A stretch of DNA of 62,698 nucleotides, filler included, from Sphacelaria rigidula (Eukaryota), in NCBI GenBank assembly GCA_964200075.2. It is 10 parts of 10 records of this genome, joined end to end, with 100 filler letters (N's around TTAATTAATTAA, not from the genome) between each part and the next. Parts side by side here need not be neighbours in the genome. Positions count along the whole stretch, not along the records: positions 6,282 to 12,461 come from CAXNAA020021699.1; positions 12,562 to 18,741 come from CAXNAA020021700.1; positions 18,842 to 25,021 come from CAXNAA020021701.1; 7 more parts are not named here. The stretch is one strand, 5' to 3'. Every line of letters begins with the position of its first letter. Within the stretch, counting starts at the first letter, position 1. This document shows, in pieces, positions 9,653 through 20,909 of the stretch. The position numbers and the translations under genes were made by a program. Below the pieces are notes generated by a model. That model was not told where the DNA came from and ran no database searches. It saw only the letters and a program-made list of their open reading frames with translations.

Positions 9653-11130
9653 CTAGAACATCGTAGTCTGTTCGTACGGCTTGATGCAGCACAGCTCGTC
9701 GGTGCAGCCGGACGGGGGGCAGTGATCTCCGGTGCAAGTAGAATCGGGGCACTGGTCGTTCACGGTCTTGGGGTTGGGGATGAGGCCGTTAGGGCATGCG
9801 TGGCCCCAGCAAAAGGCGGCGCAGCACTTGTTCAAGGTGCAGCCAATGCTAGAAGGGCACCTGTCGTTTACAGTGATAGGGTCGGGGATGTAGGGTCCGG
9901 GGCAAGGGAAGCTCCAGCAGAAGGACTCGCAGCATTGCCTGGTGGTGCATTTCCCGTTCCTGCACGGGGTTTGCGCTGCATCCGGAATCGGGATCCACCC
10001 GTTGGGGCACCCGTAGGAGTTGCACATGACGGGAGCTGATGCTGTTTTTGTCGTTGTTTGTTCCGGAAACCGCGCAAACGTCACAGGAACAGAAGCACGG
10101 CGAGTACGGTGAAAGAGTGACGATCAGCAGATTGCCGGACGAAGGATTGCAAATGTCTCTCATGAATGACACCCTACTTCCAGCGATTGTAATCCAAGCA
10201 TCGGTAGAATCCTACTCCCTATTCCCTGCTCCCTACTCCTACTGTAAGCGTTGGAGGACCGCGTGCTTTTTAGACCGCATTGGAGATTACCTTTGCGGTA
10301 AGGGTTAGATTTAGTCTTGGGTGTCGGGTCAGGGGCGCGGTCCCTGCAGGGACTGGCCGAGCTAATTTTAAACGTGGATCCTAGGGTGTTCAAATTCCGA
10401 TGCGGTCCAAAAGGTATGCGGTCCTCCCACGCATCGCACTACTCCGCCCCTACTATCCTCCTCTACTCCTATTTATTGAAAACGAGGTACAGACGTGCCT
10501 TGTGGCGGGGTGCCTTGGACAGAAACTCTGCTCTGCCGATCACGGGCCAGGAGCAGGTAGACGAAAGAAGGTGCTGAAAACCATACATCGTTTATCATGT
10601 TATTACATCGTTTTCGCCGTGAAGACCCAGATATCAGAAGCCAAAAAACATGGTAACTCGGGAAAAGTTGCGCTCGTGCTCGTCAGTCGAGCCAAACGCA
10701 TCCGCCACAACCGAGCTAGGCACGGGGTCATAATGTCTGACGATGATGCGAAATCGCATTATGTACGTCACCTGTCGTCTCATCATGAGATTCAAAAGAG
10801 TGCCCGGTTGAGAATTGATGTATGGGTGATCGATTTTGATATTCTTGAACGCAATGTGAATATGGCTCGTAGAGAGATTGGACTGGCACGGGCAAGATCG
10901 GGTGTCAGTCAGGGAAGCGCCCTTGTCGCTGGAGGCAGCGGCGGTTGGGGCGGGGGCGCCCACAACGCCAAAACGGGCGGACCTCGGGGGGATCGCGGCG
11001 CCGACAACAGCTCAACGAGGTATTTTGTTAATACACATACCAACCGTCATGATGACTCTACCTGTGTCGCTCGCCATGGGCTGCACCATCAAGAGAGCCA
11101 CGGTGGTCGGAAGGCGGTGTACCCCATCAT
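9653..11130 (-). CDS. Secreted cysteine-rich repeat protein (exons ~11130-11062 and 10041-9653)
   Basis: Three repeats of C-x2-[YFH]-x-CP-x-[GP]-x-IP-x-P-x5-C...CT-x3-CC. Acceptor AAAACAG at 10042. An upstream hydrophobic exon (TTVALLMVQPMASDT) ends at G|GTAGAG, phase-1 compatible with the Cys-rich exon. Confidence 0.7.
10243..10439. mobile_element. MITE family T, copy B (reverse orientation, inside the intron of the Cys-rich gene)
   Basis: TGTAAGCGTTGGAGGACCGCGTGC ... ATGCGGTCCTCCCACGCATCGCA; core GGGTTAGATTTAGTCTTGGGTGTCGGGTCAGGGG. Confidence 0.7.
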
Positions 11131-12068
11131 ACTCAGAGGTAATCGGATTCCACTTCGGATACATCGCCGGGATAAGCGGGCGGCCGTAACGGGCTCGTAG
11201 TAATGACAAGAAACGTGTATAACTTTATACGAAGTATCAATTTCACACACGGAGTCCACACGAAACAAAAATTCTCACCGTAACACACCCTGAACAGGTG
11301 CGGGAAGCTGACATCATCGAAATATGTCACAGGTGGAACCACATCTCAAATCCTGCCCGTTCCCTGGGATCCTTACGGCAAGCGTGATCTCTCGGGTATC
11401 TGAATTTGAGCCATGGTGAAACTTCAAATAGCAAAGTAACCGATCTATCCGCAGTTTTATTTTTATTGCAACCAGCAGGCTTCACTCCGATTTCACGTAC
11501 TACAATTATAGCTTGCAGCTGAGTATACTCAGTTCAAGCATTTTGCCCAGCTAGATCAGGTGTGGACCTAGTGATGTATGAGATTTTGTAACCCCCGTTC
11601 TGGAGCTCCGTGCCAAACATCTCAGGAAGCATGTCGCTCTCGTGGGACTCGCCGAACACATCACGGCACTTCGCGCTTGGTGATTTCGAGCGTGGTCCGG
11701 TGTGGTCCGTCCCGGCTTCCTTTGGGGGTATACGACGTCAGTGATGTTATGACTACAACAGTATGCAAGATGAGTAACACACACAAATCCGCCCTGGAGC
11801 GCCGAAAATGAAATTATATATATATTCTATAGAGTCCAGATTTTTTTTCGAAAAAAGTGTATGTCAAGCTCAAGGTTCCCGGTATATTCAACAGTACATT
11901 ACTGTCGCGATCGAATACTTCTGGAACCTCGAGTTTGACATACCTCCAACAATCTTTGCCTATACTTCGAAAAAAATCCTGAAAAGAAACCGATCGAACT
12001 ACAATAGAAAATCTACTGGGAAACAAGAACGTCCCGGCGTGCAACCTCTTAGTGACCAGTATACCCCG

Positions 12069-12099
<31 letters not shown>

Positions 12100-12388
12100 T
12101 TATTGTTGCCGCGTTACTAGTGTGTCCATTTAGCAACTCTCAAGATAGGCACCAGGGCGTACGTGCCGCAGGTTGCCAGACATCATCGCGGAAGGTGACA
12201 CCACCGCGGAAGGCGTGTGAGACAAAATGGCCGAAAATGAGCGAAATCTAGCAGGTCGCCCAAACAATTGTTTTCGCTTCAGGACTCGTTTGAAAGAGTC
12301 GAGAAAAGTGAGGACGCGCCGGGAGAGTGAGAATGATTCTGGCGGATTTCATGATACATACATATATAGGAAAATGCTATCTCCAAGT

Positions 12389-12461
12389 AACAACAAATTG
12401 TGCGAATTGAGGTTTAACTTCGAGATGAGGCTCAAGCCCAAAACAGTGCTTTCCCCACACT
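12389..12461 (-). mobile_element. 3' half of a high-copy short element (probable SINE tail ending ...CAATTTGTTGTT)
   Basis: Near-identical sequence lies at four contig ends (12389-12461, 43962-44028, 50241-50310, 56347-56419) with the same inner boundary and unrelated flanks. Confidence 0.8.
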
Positions 12462-12561
12462 NNNNNNNNNNNNNNNNNNNNNNNNNNNNNNNNNNNNNNN
12501 NNNNNTTAATTAATTAANNNNNNNNNNNNNNNNNNNNNNNNNNNNNNNNNNNNNNNNNNNN

Positions 12562-12675
12562 ACTGATTATCTTGCATTTGGATGACAGCCTCAAATGAGT
12601 TGCTTTATTCTGTGGTATCGCCACTTCCAGAGACAGCCACGGCTTATACACTGCCGCATGGGTGCGTCACCAGGT
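12562..12675 (-). repeat. Truncated copy of the poly(C)-terminated dispersed repeat
   Basis: Matches 14655-14750. It ends next to a G-rich run at 12682-12716, which is a C-run on the element strand. Confidence 0.75.
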
Positions 12676-13417
12676 TGAAAGAGGGGGCGGGGGGGGAGGG
12701 GAGGGGAGGGGGAGGGACCCGAATCTATGTGTGAGGGGGTATCCCCCTGATCGCTGGATGATGCCGATATTAGTTTCTGCACTGCACCGCACGTGTATAA
12801 ATCTCAAGTTAATTGCATTTGATTACTTAGAGTTATTATAGGCGGTGGTGCAGCCATTTCCCGATATGGGGCCCCTTGCAGGAGCTACCTGAAATAGCTA
12901 ATCAAAGACGACTCTCAGATCTGTTGGTCCAAAACACACGGAATACGTGACTGCGGGGTCAGAAAAGCCAAACAGCATCCTTTGCGCTTCTCCGCGTTCC
13001 CGGCGTCCAGCGTTCTTGATTGATTAATGATTTTTGATTGATTCCTTGTCGCACTTCAACTGACCCCCCAGGGATCCAGCCGTCACATGATGGACGTACG
13101 TACCTCCGTGACGTCACACAAAACTGAAACCACTCGCTGAAGAAAAAGAAGGAGCAGAAGAGACGAGCAGAACGACATAGTAGACCAAGACGTGAACAAA
13201 AGCAAAGCACAGGAAAAAATGGCCGATCTAAAGCAAAAAAGGGGGAAAAAAAAAGAATGAAGGAGAAAAAAAAGCCCTAGGGAGAAAATATTGGAACAGA
13301 CGCCACAGGCCACATGAGCTGTTAATGGCTCATGATCCGGATCAGTACACTCACTAAGAAATAATGTTGAGGTGGCTAATGAATGTCCGACGTGCGGGAT
13401 GTGTGTTTGCCGGCCAG

Positions 13418-16400
13418 ACTCGAGCGTTCAGGTGTAAGTACCGGGGCCCGCCCAGCGTCCCAGACCACATGACCCCCGAGGAGGCAGCCGCGATGGTCAT
13501 GCCTCAAGGAAAGACGGCTCCGTGCAACCGTGCGTGCCGATTCGCCTATCCCGGGGAGGAGGCGGTGTTTTGCGCCAGGCACAAGCTCAACGGCATGGTT
13601 GACGTCGTCAACCCCTCGTGCAAGGTTTGAAGCACGGAAGGCTTATTTACTGGTAGTGGTCGTAGTATAAGTCGCAGTAGCATCAGCATCAGCAGCAGCA
13701 GCGGTAGTGGTAGCAGTAGTGGTGCTAACGGTGGTCACACTAGAAGTAGTGCTGTAGTAAAAGTAGTGGTGGCAGTGGTAGTAGCAGCAGTAGTGCAGTA
13801 CCCACCAACTAAACATGCAAGTTTTTCTGGTACACTTACTAGTGCAACATTTGGAAACATTACATGTTTCGCCCATTTGTCAAGCGGAGCTACTCGACCA
13901 TTTGTTCGTCATGATTTTCATCCCGCCGCCTTCCTCGAAACGCATGCGGAGTCTCCAGCGATGGACTCATGTCTCCCTCGGTACATTCCTGACCCGCTTG
14001 ATTGTTGCGGGTTGGATCATCACTCCTGCACCGCCTCGACCGTGGTCTGACAAAGGTTCTCCACTACTTCACGTCGTGACGTTTTTAACGCCAGATACCA
14101 CCTTCTGCTGAATTGACAAAGATATGTTGGGATTCGAAACCGCAACCTTGCACTCTTTTCAGCTGTTGCTGTACCATTTTAATTTACACCACCGGGGCGC
14201 CGCGGCTGATAGTGTCGTCGTAGTCGTTGTTGTTATTGTCGTTGACCTGGTAGGAGAGGCGATGTATTGTTGCAAGCACACAAATGATGACGGGTCCAAC
14301 CGAGGTGGTAGTATCCCTCGTGAGCGGGGCGAGCATCGCTTACGGCCGCCAAAAATATCATACACACACATGAACTATTTTTTTGATCATGTTCCTGTTA
14401 TGGTACTACTGTTTCTAGGGGCGCGGGTTGGGGGGGGGGGGCGGGATGTACTCATGATCATGCATGACATTGCCATATGGTCATTTGGCGTCGCATCCTT
14501 ACAAAGCCGGGACGGACCACGCCGGGTTTTCGCCGGACCAGGCTCGCAATCAATCACCATGCGCGAAGCGCCGTGGTGTGTTCGGCGAGTCGCATGAAGG
14601 GTGAGCTGCATCCTGCTAAAATTCTTCGGCGCGGAGCGTAGTGACTATATTGAATATGCATGACAGCCTCCAATGAGTTTCTTCATTTTCTGGTATCGCC
14701 ACTTCCGGAGACAGCCACGGCTTATACTTTGCCTCATGGGTGTCTCACCGTATAAACACTACGTCGCACGATCATCCCCATTGTGCGGAGTGTGGTTCTC
14801 CATCCCGCACAATATGGTTCAGCTTGACCACCATCACGGTTACCGCAAAAAATCGCAAGGGAAAAAACCGACGCAAGCGACTCCCTCTCCACCCCCCCCG
14901 ACCCCGGTAACCTGGTTGCCTAGCATACGCAGTGAATAGCGTGTTTTACAGCGTCGCTGCCAATCGACGCCAACCTCCAAGAGCGGGGGGGAGAGAAGGG
15001 GGCGCTGGCACCATTGTGTCGGCCGTTCTTTTTTCAACGCATCTGCTCTCTTTTCACGACGAGACATGAGTGTCATTGTCCGGGGCCTATATGAAGATGG
15101 TGCTCTGCGGACATTTGCCCCTCTGAAGTTATATTTCTTCTCATCTGACCCTATTCTAGTGCATCTGTAGTTCTCCGCCGGTGTATTGTTCTTCAGTGCT
15201 TACAATATATGTCTCACGTGTCGCATCGCTTGCTGCTGGCGTGCTTTTCTCACCGTGGTCGCTTTTGGTATATCGTGCTCCGTACCGTTGTTTTTTTTGG
15301 TCATGTTCCAAACGGGCGTGTGTCGCATTGTTGTCCACAGATGCAAGACTGTCCCGACGAGCCGACCCACGGGTACGACGGTGAGCCGGCCACGTTCTGT
15401 GAGGCACACATGGCTGTCGGCATGAAGGTACGGTGGACAAACAGTCAGACGATGGACGCACGCAGAGGGTACAAATATACAGATATTATACGAAGTGTGG
15501 ATTATGACAAACTTCAAGACAAATACAGGGGATTGTGTGTGTGGTGCCGTGGAGTAGGTGGCCCCTTGTCAGGCCGGTATGTGTTAATAAGAGAAGCAAA
15601 GGACGCCCTATATTAATATATATATATATAGGGATGTAAAGTGTGATTGGCCTCGTAAAGGTTAAGCCCACACTCACTATAAGGTCAGTTCGACCTGAAC
15701 ATGATGACTGCCAATAAAACCGGGTCTCCCTGAAAAATGTCCAGTCATTGTGCAGGATATGGTTTTCAGTAGTATGTATGCAAAAAAATACCGGCTGTGA
15801 CAGGTCAAGCGCTATGTGTACTGCTTCTGTGTCGATGCGGAAGTATTGACGTCACCCACAAAGTAAGAACAGGAAGCAGCCGGGTTGCCAGCCTGCCAAG
15901 CGTGTACGATAAGTTCAAGGGCTGCTGATGGTGACTCTTCCGTGTGTGGGGTTTGTCTGTGTGTTGTAGTTCGTCTTGCCGTGCAGGTGCGTGTCGTGCC
16001 GTATGCTGCGAGCGCGATGTGGTGCGCCGTTTCTCTTGTGAGGGGTGAATTTAAAACTGTATTGATGAGGACCGGCGAGTCTGCACAGACGTGCCGAATG
16101 GTCCTATCTCACAGGCAGGTTCTGTGCAGGGAAACTGTACCTTTCATCTACAAGCTGTTGAAAAAACATCCGCATCACGCCCCGAGCGACAGCTACTCTA
16201 CTACAGATACCTCTATTATTCTTATTTGACGCGGAGAAAATGACAGGCCTTCAGTCCAGTACTTCGAAACTTCTCGCCGATTGTTTTCACCGCACACAGT
16301 GACCACCGACTCCTCGCAGCTTGCACCGCTCCGTCTCAAGATGAGCGTTTTTCTTCGCCGTTAGGGATGGCGTTGAGTAAACACCGGTCGTTTGTTCCTT

Positions 16401-18706
16401 TGGTTTCATTTTTCGTTCGCTTGATATTTTTTCACCCATTACATCGGGAACGAAAAATGCTCCCACGTGAAGCCGTCAACGACTCCATTTTCAGCAAGTT
16501 TTGTTGCACAAGCATGGCCGACCCTCATCCAACACCACACAGGTTGCCGTGAAACGACTGTGTATAGAAAAGCAACAGCTAGCGCCAGGCGTGCTGCGCT
16601 CGTTGCCGTAGATGTCTGTGCGTGTGTGGTCGCGTTAGGTTGTGAAGCTGCAACGTGGTTCAGCCATGTGTTTTGGTCACGCCCGTTGATATTTCCAGAC
16701 CTGTCTCCGATTACATCCCGTGTACGGAAAGAATCACCGCTGTTTCCAGGAAGCTAGTTTTGTGGTTCTTCCACCACTTGGTGGGGCGAAGTTGTCCCGG
16801 CTTGGTTTTAGTCTGGACACTGACATCTGGAACTTGAATTGGGGCCGCGCTCCTAGCTTGCACAGAGCGCGCTTTTGTCTAAATGATGTCTTGCAACGCA
16901 CAATTTACCTAGCGACATTTTTTTATCGATGGACAAGGAGCAACAGAACCTGCCGGCAGAGTAGAACCAGTTCCATGGGACATTTGTTGCAGACCCGCCG
17001 GTCCAATCAACACCATTTTTTAATCCACCCCCACACAACGGAGCCGGCAGATAGCGCACGCCATGGCACGCATACCCCCAATGCCGCAGCTCACACGCAC
17101 ACATACACAGTCGAACCACCGCTAGCCGCAAAAGCCAAGAGATCATGCAGCGGAAAGACAAAGCTCATCGCTCCTGCTCGACAAGTGCACACGATTTTGT
17201 TTTGACCCAAAAATCTTCCTTGGAGGAAAATAATTTGAAAACCGAACGACTCTTGATATTGTTTCTTCACAGCCACTACAAGGCCGGAGCGTGTTCGCTA
17301 TTTTTTGCGTTGTGTGCGTCGAGCCCTAATGCACCCACCGGGTCATCATATCCCTTTCTAGGACACGTCCCGCGCTCAGCGCAAAATCGGAAAATTACCT
17401 TTTTTCTGCAGGTTTCGACGGTAAGCTTGAAAAGCGCAATTGAACAAAAGATTCAACCCCGGACTGTGTCAGTGTTGTGACAGTGCATGTGACGTCTGAA
17501 TAGGGAGGGCGTCACCTTGACGCACGATTTCTCAATGTCAAGGAAGTAGTCTGAAATCAAGTGTATCCAAAGAGACGAAGAAAAGTGGGTAATTCATAGT
17601 AAACCGTCTTCGAACAACCCGGACACTCTCCGGAATTAAAACTCCCCCCCCGCCCCACCGTTTAGCACCCCTAACGGTCATGCTAGCCGTGGTTCTGGAA
17701 GCCGTTATTTGCTTATTCTTTATACTTGAAAATCATGGTTAACGTTAGGGTCGTTTCTTGTTTTCCGCAATTTCGTTCAAAACCACCACGCGTGCGAGAC
17801 CCGTGGCGTTGGTACCTGCGGCGCTACTACCACGTGTGTCAGCCGTGGCTCACCACTGGTCAATATGGGACAATTATTCAATTAATCAATTGATCAATTG
17901 ATCAATTGGCATGAATGTATGTGCGTCCATTGCGTGTGCAGCTCATGTCAGCGGCGAAACCGGTGAGACCGGTTAGTCTCCACTGGGGCGCGGAGCTCCG
18001 CAGACAGACCAAGGCGGTGCGGGAGAGATCGAAGTTTGAAAACGACACCGAAACGGGGGCGGCAAAATGCACCCCTCTGCCACCGAAGGTATTTCGATTC
18101 ACGTCTTTGGTCGTCGTGTACAGTAGGCAGCGATGAGGTCATGTTTTACAACTTGGTAGAATTACTCTTGAAATAGTAGTTTTGAGATAATGCTGGCCCT
18201 ACCCCTAACCCTAACCCTAACCCTACCCTACCCCAACCAAGGCAAACGAGAACCCCCGGACAAGGGGGCTGTAAAACTACTGTTGTGTCAATTTTACTCG
18301 GCAAGACGGAGCTACCGTAGCGAGCTCGGTCTCTTCCTCTATTTCGGGATTGCAAGGAGTTAGTTCTACGCGTATTTATCACGAAATCTGTTCTAAAGTG
18401 TGGATAACATGATGCACATTTTCTTGACGGTATGAGCGAAAACGCAGATAACTCAATCTTGCAGACTTTGAAAAGTGAACATAATTCCAGCGGAGTGGAG
18501 GATACCGCGGTTCATGAGTTGGGATGTGTGCGCGCGTGTGCATTTTTCTTTCGTATTTTCAGGGAGGTAGCCTCATTCATTACTTGCCCCGCCAACGGGT
18601 TCATGCGCCGACTACAGTACCCGGAGGCTCGGCCAGACCGTCTCGCCGCAGTCATGTGGCGCAGGGGCCTAGAGCGTTTGGAAAGTTTCAAGGGTCGGAC
18701 AAATAA
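13418..18706 (+). CDS. EsV-1-7 cysteine-rich repeat protein, 3' part (exons 13418-13624, 15341-15427, 17942-18088, 18563-18706)
   Basis: CNRACRFAYPGEEAVFCARHKLNGMVDVVNPSCK and MQDCPDEPTHGYDGEPATFCEAHMAVGMK fit the EsV-1-7 C...FC..H...GM pattern. All four exons have AG acceptors, are phase 0 and multiples of 3; the first three end at GT and the last ends in TAA. The last two exons are less certain. Confidence 0.8.
13648..13800 (+). repeat. Degenerate (GTA/GCA/GTG)n trinucleotide tract in intron
   Basis: Continuous gtagtg/gcagca triplets. Confidence 0.85.
14425..15003 (-). repeat. Longest (~570 bp) copy of the poly(C)-terminated dispersed repeat
   Basis: On the minus strand it begins after a C-rich run with GAGGTTGGCGTCGATTGGCAGCGACGCTG...CACTGCGTATGCTAGGCAA and ends CATGATCATGAGTACATCCCGCCCCCCC. 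Collinear with 39945-40420. Confidence 0.85.
18152..18300. mobile_element. Degenerate inverted-repeat element with (CCCTAA)n core
   Basis: Arms GTAGAATT...ATAGTAGTTTT / AAAACTACTG...AATTTTAC flank CCCTACCCTAACCCTAACCCTAACCCTACCC. Confidence 0.5.
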
Positions 18707-19761
18707 TGATTCGTTTGTAAATTACTTGGTTTTAGTATGATNNNNNNNNNNNNNNNNNNNNNNNNNNNNNNNNNNNNNNNNNNNNTTAATTAATTAANNN
18801 NNNNNNNNNNNNNNNNNNNNNNNNNNNNNNNNNNNNNNNNNGGTGGGGGGGGGGGGGGGGGGGGCGGGTGTGTTGGGGGGTGGGTGGGGGGGGTGGTCTG
18901 GGGGTGGATTAGAGGAGTGTGAATCTTCACCTTCCGTGTGTGTGTTTCTTTGGTTCCTGGTGAAAAGCGCTCTAGTAGGCAGTATGGAGGATAAACCCGT
19001 TTTTTTGTTGGCGTAACCTTTAGTGAGTGTAGATATCTTACCCACTGTACAGTTTGGGATAGCATTGTTTCCTTTACAGAATACCAGTGAAACTCATGAC
19101 CTTGAGGACAACAAAAACGTGTCTGCGAGACGGCCTAGTCGTTGGATATGAAATTTTACGACCACAAGAGGTTCCACGTACGCTGACGGAACGAGAACGA
19201 AAAAAAATCCCGTAACTGCCACATATGGCGTATCAAAACACGGCGACACTTTTCTGACACTAACGATGTTTCAGACTTGTTGAAGGCGTTTTTAGTTGCG
19301 ACTATCGACGTTCAAGTATGTATTGCACCGTGGTTGTTGTGTGTTGACAGACAGTTCTGGGATGCTTTGACTGTGTCGATCGATCAAATGACGGTATTTC
19401 GGCGCAGAATGTTTCGTGATTGGGTCCGTTGTATCCGATAGTGACCACGCGCCCCGCTCCCCCCCCTGATGGTCTGATGACTATGGCAAGCATGATCATG
19501 AGTACAACCCCCCCCCCCTCCCCCCCACACGTCCAGGTATGCATGAACAACCTGAACGTGGCTGGTCGTCGTGTTGTCTTTGGTATCGTTATCGTTCGGT
19601 AGTGCGTCCCTTTTTTGTTAATATTTTCAGCCTTTTTTTTACAACCACGGTAGTGGCAGTCAGTCCTACTGCATCGGTATTATCTTCACCTGAAAAATGA
19701 ATGGAAGACCCAGAGGACTCCACCCCCATTGCGGTGCTGTGTCTTGTTTTGCCGATCTCAG

Positions 19762-20877
19762 TACGCCCGCGTCGCGAATGAGCAGGCCATACAGCGCGAG
19801 ATGAGGATGCGGCAGCAGTATGGCCAGGTAGACAATGGGGCAAAAGCAGTCTCAAAGTAGGTGTGCCGACCCCGTGATACTGGCACGAGATGTATGAGCA
19901 GGACGCATCCCTTGTCCCCGTCCCCCCCACTCGCGCGTGGTGAGCAATATGTACCGTATAGCCAAGGACCATTGGTACCGTGCTGCGCGGTGCGTCGAGT
20001 TTAAAGCCTTCTGGAACCCACTGGTGATTTTTGTTTTCGTGAATCGGTATCATTTCGACTTGAAAATGACTCAAAATGATCCCGATTAACAAATATAAAA
20101 ATCGTCAGTGGGTTCCAAAAGAGTTAAATTGTCGAGCACGTTTGAACCCTGATACAAGGGTCACTTATTTTTTCATAGATTGATTATCGCACACTATACG
20201 TTCCATATCTATTGGGATCCAAGTCATATGATGTCTCTTGATCGATATAGATTCATCGCTGTCAAGTCAGTCACCCAGACGTCTGAAATTGTTCCAAACC
20301 CAAGCATACCGGAATAATAATATCTATTGCTAATGTTATTGCCACTTCTCTGCAGCGGTATGATGCCTCTGCCTCCATGCACCCCTCTTTATGATTGAGA
20401 TCTAATGTAGTCTGCTCCGCCGCTCCACCGCTCCCCCCTTATAACAGGGCCGATCGCAAAACCAATACGGCCACCACTCTGTGTCCGGCCGGGGGGCTTA
20501 CCCGTTCCACGGGGCGGGGTCAACGGCATCAACGCAGGCGGCGCTTGTGGCGGCGAGGCAGGCGGCGTACGCGCAGGCGCAGGCTGCTCGAGAAGCGGCG
20601 GCAAGGGCGGCGGAGGAACAAGCGGAAGCGGAGCGACAGCGGCGGGAAGATGAAGAGGGTTTCGACGACGCGGTGCGAGTTTTTTAAGCTAGAATAGGGA
20701 TAGAGCTAAGGCTTGGGTAATAGAGGTCGGGTTGGTGTGTCGTATTCTCTCCACGCTTGTGTATGTTGTGTTCTAGTCATCTACGCGCGTATGCAAATAT
20801 CAAAAGCGTTATTGCCCGCGCCGCGGTTTACCTTCGAGTACAACTTGAATACGTGGTCGGTTTTCGTGGACTGGGGT

Positions 20878-20909
<32 letters not shown>

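Noticed and set aside
10400..11200. 266-aa plus-strand ORF
   Set aside because: No recognisable motif; it begins inside a MITE and lies antisense to the Cys-rich gene's intron and first exon.
13418..15427. Integrated phaeovirus region because of EsV-1-7 repeats
   Set aside because: The repeats are in spliced exons with long TE-rich introns and no viral core genes are present.
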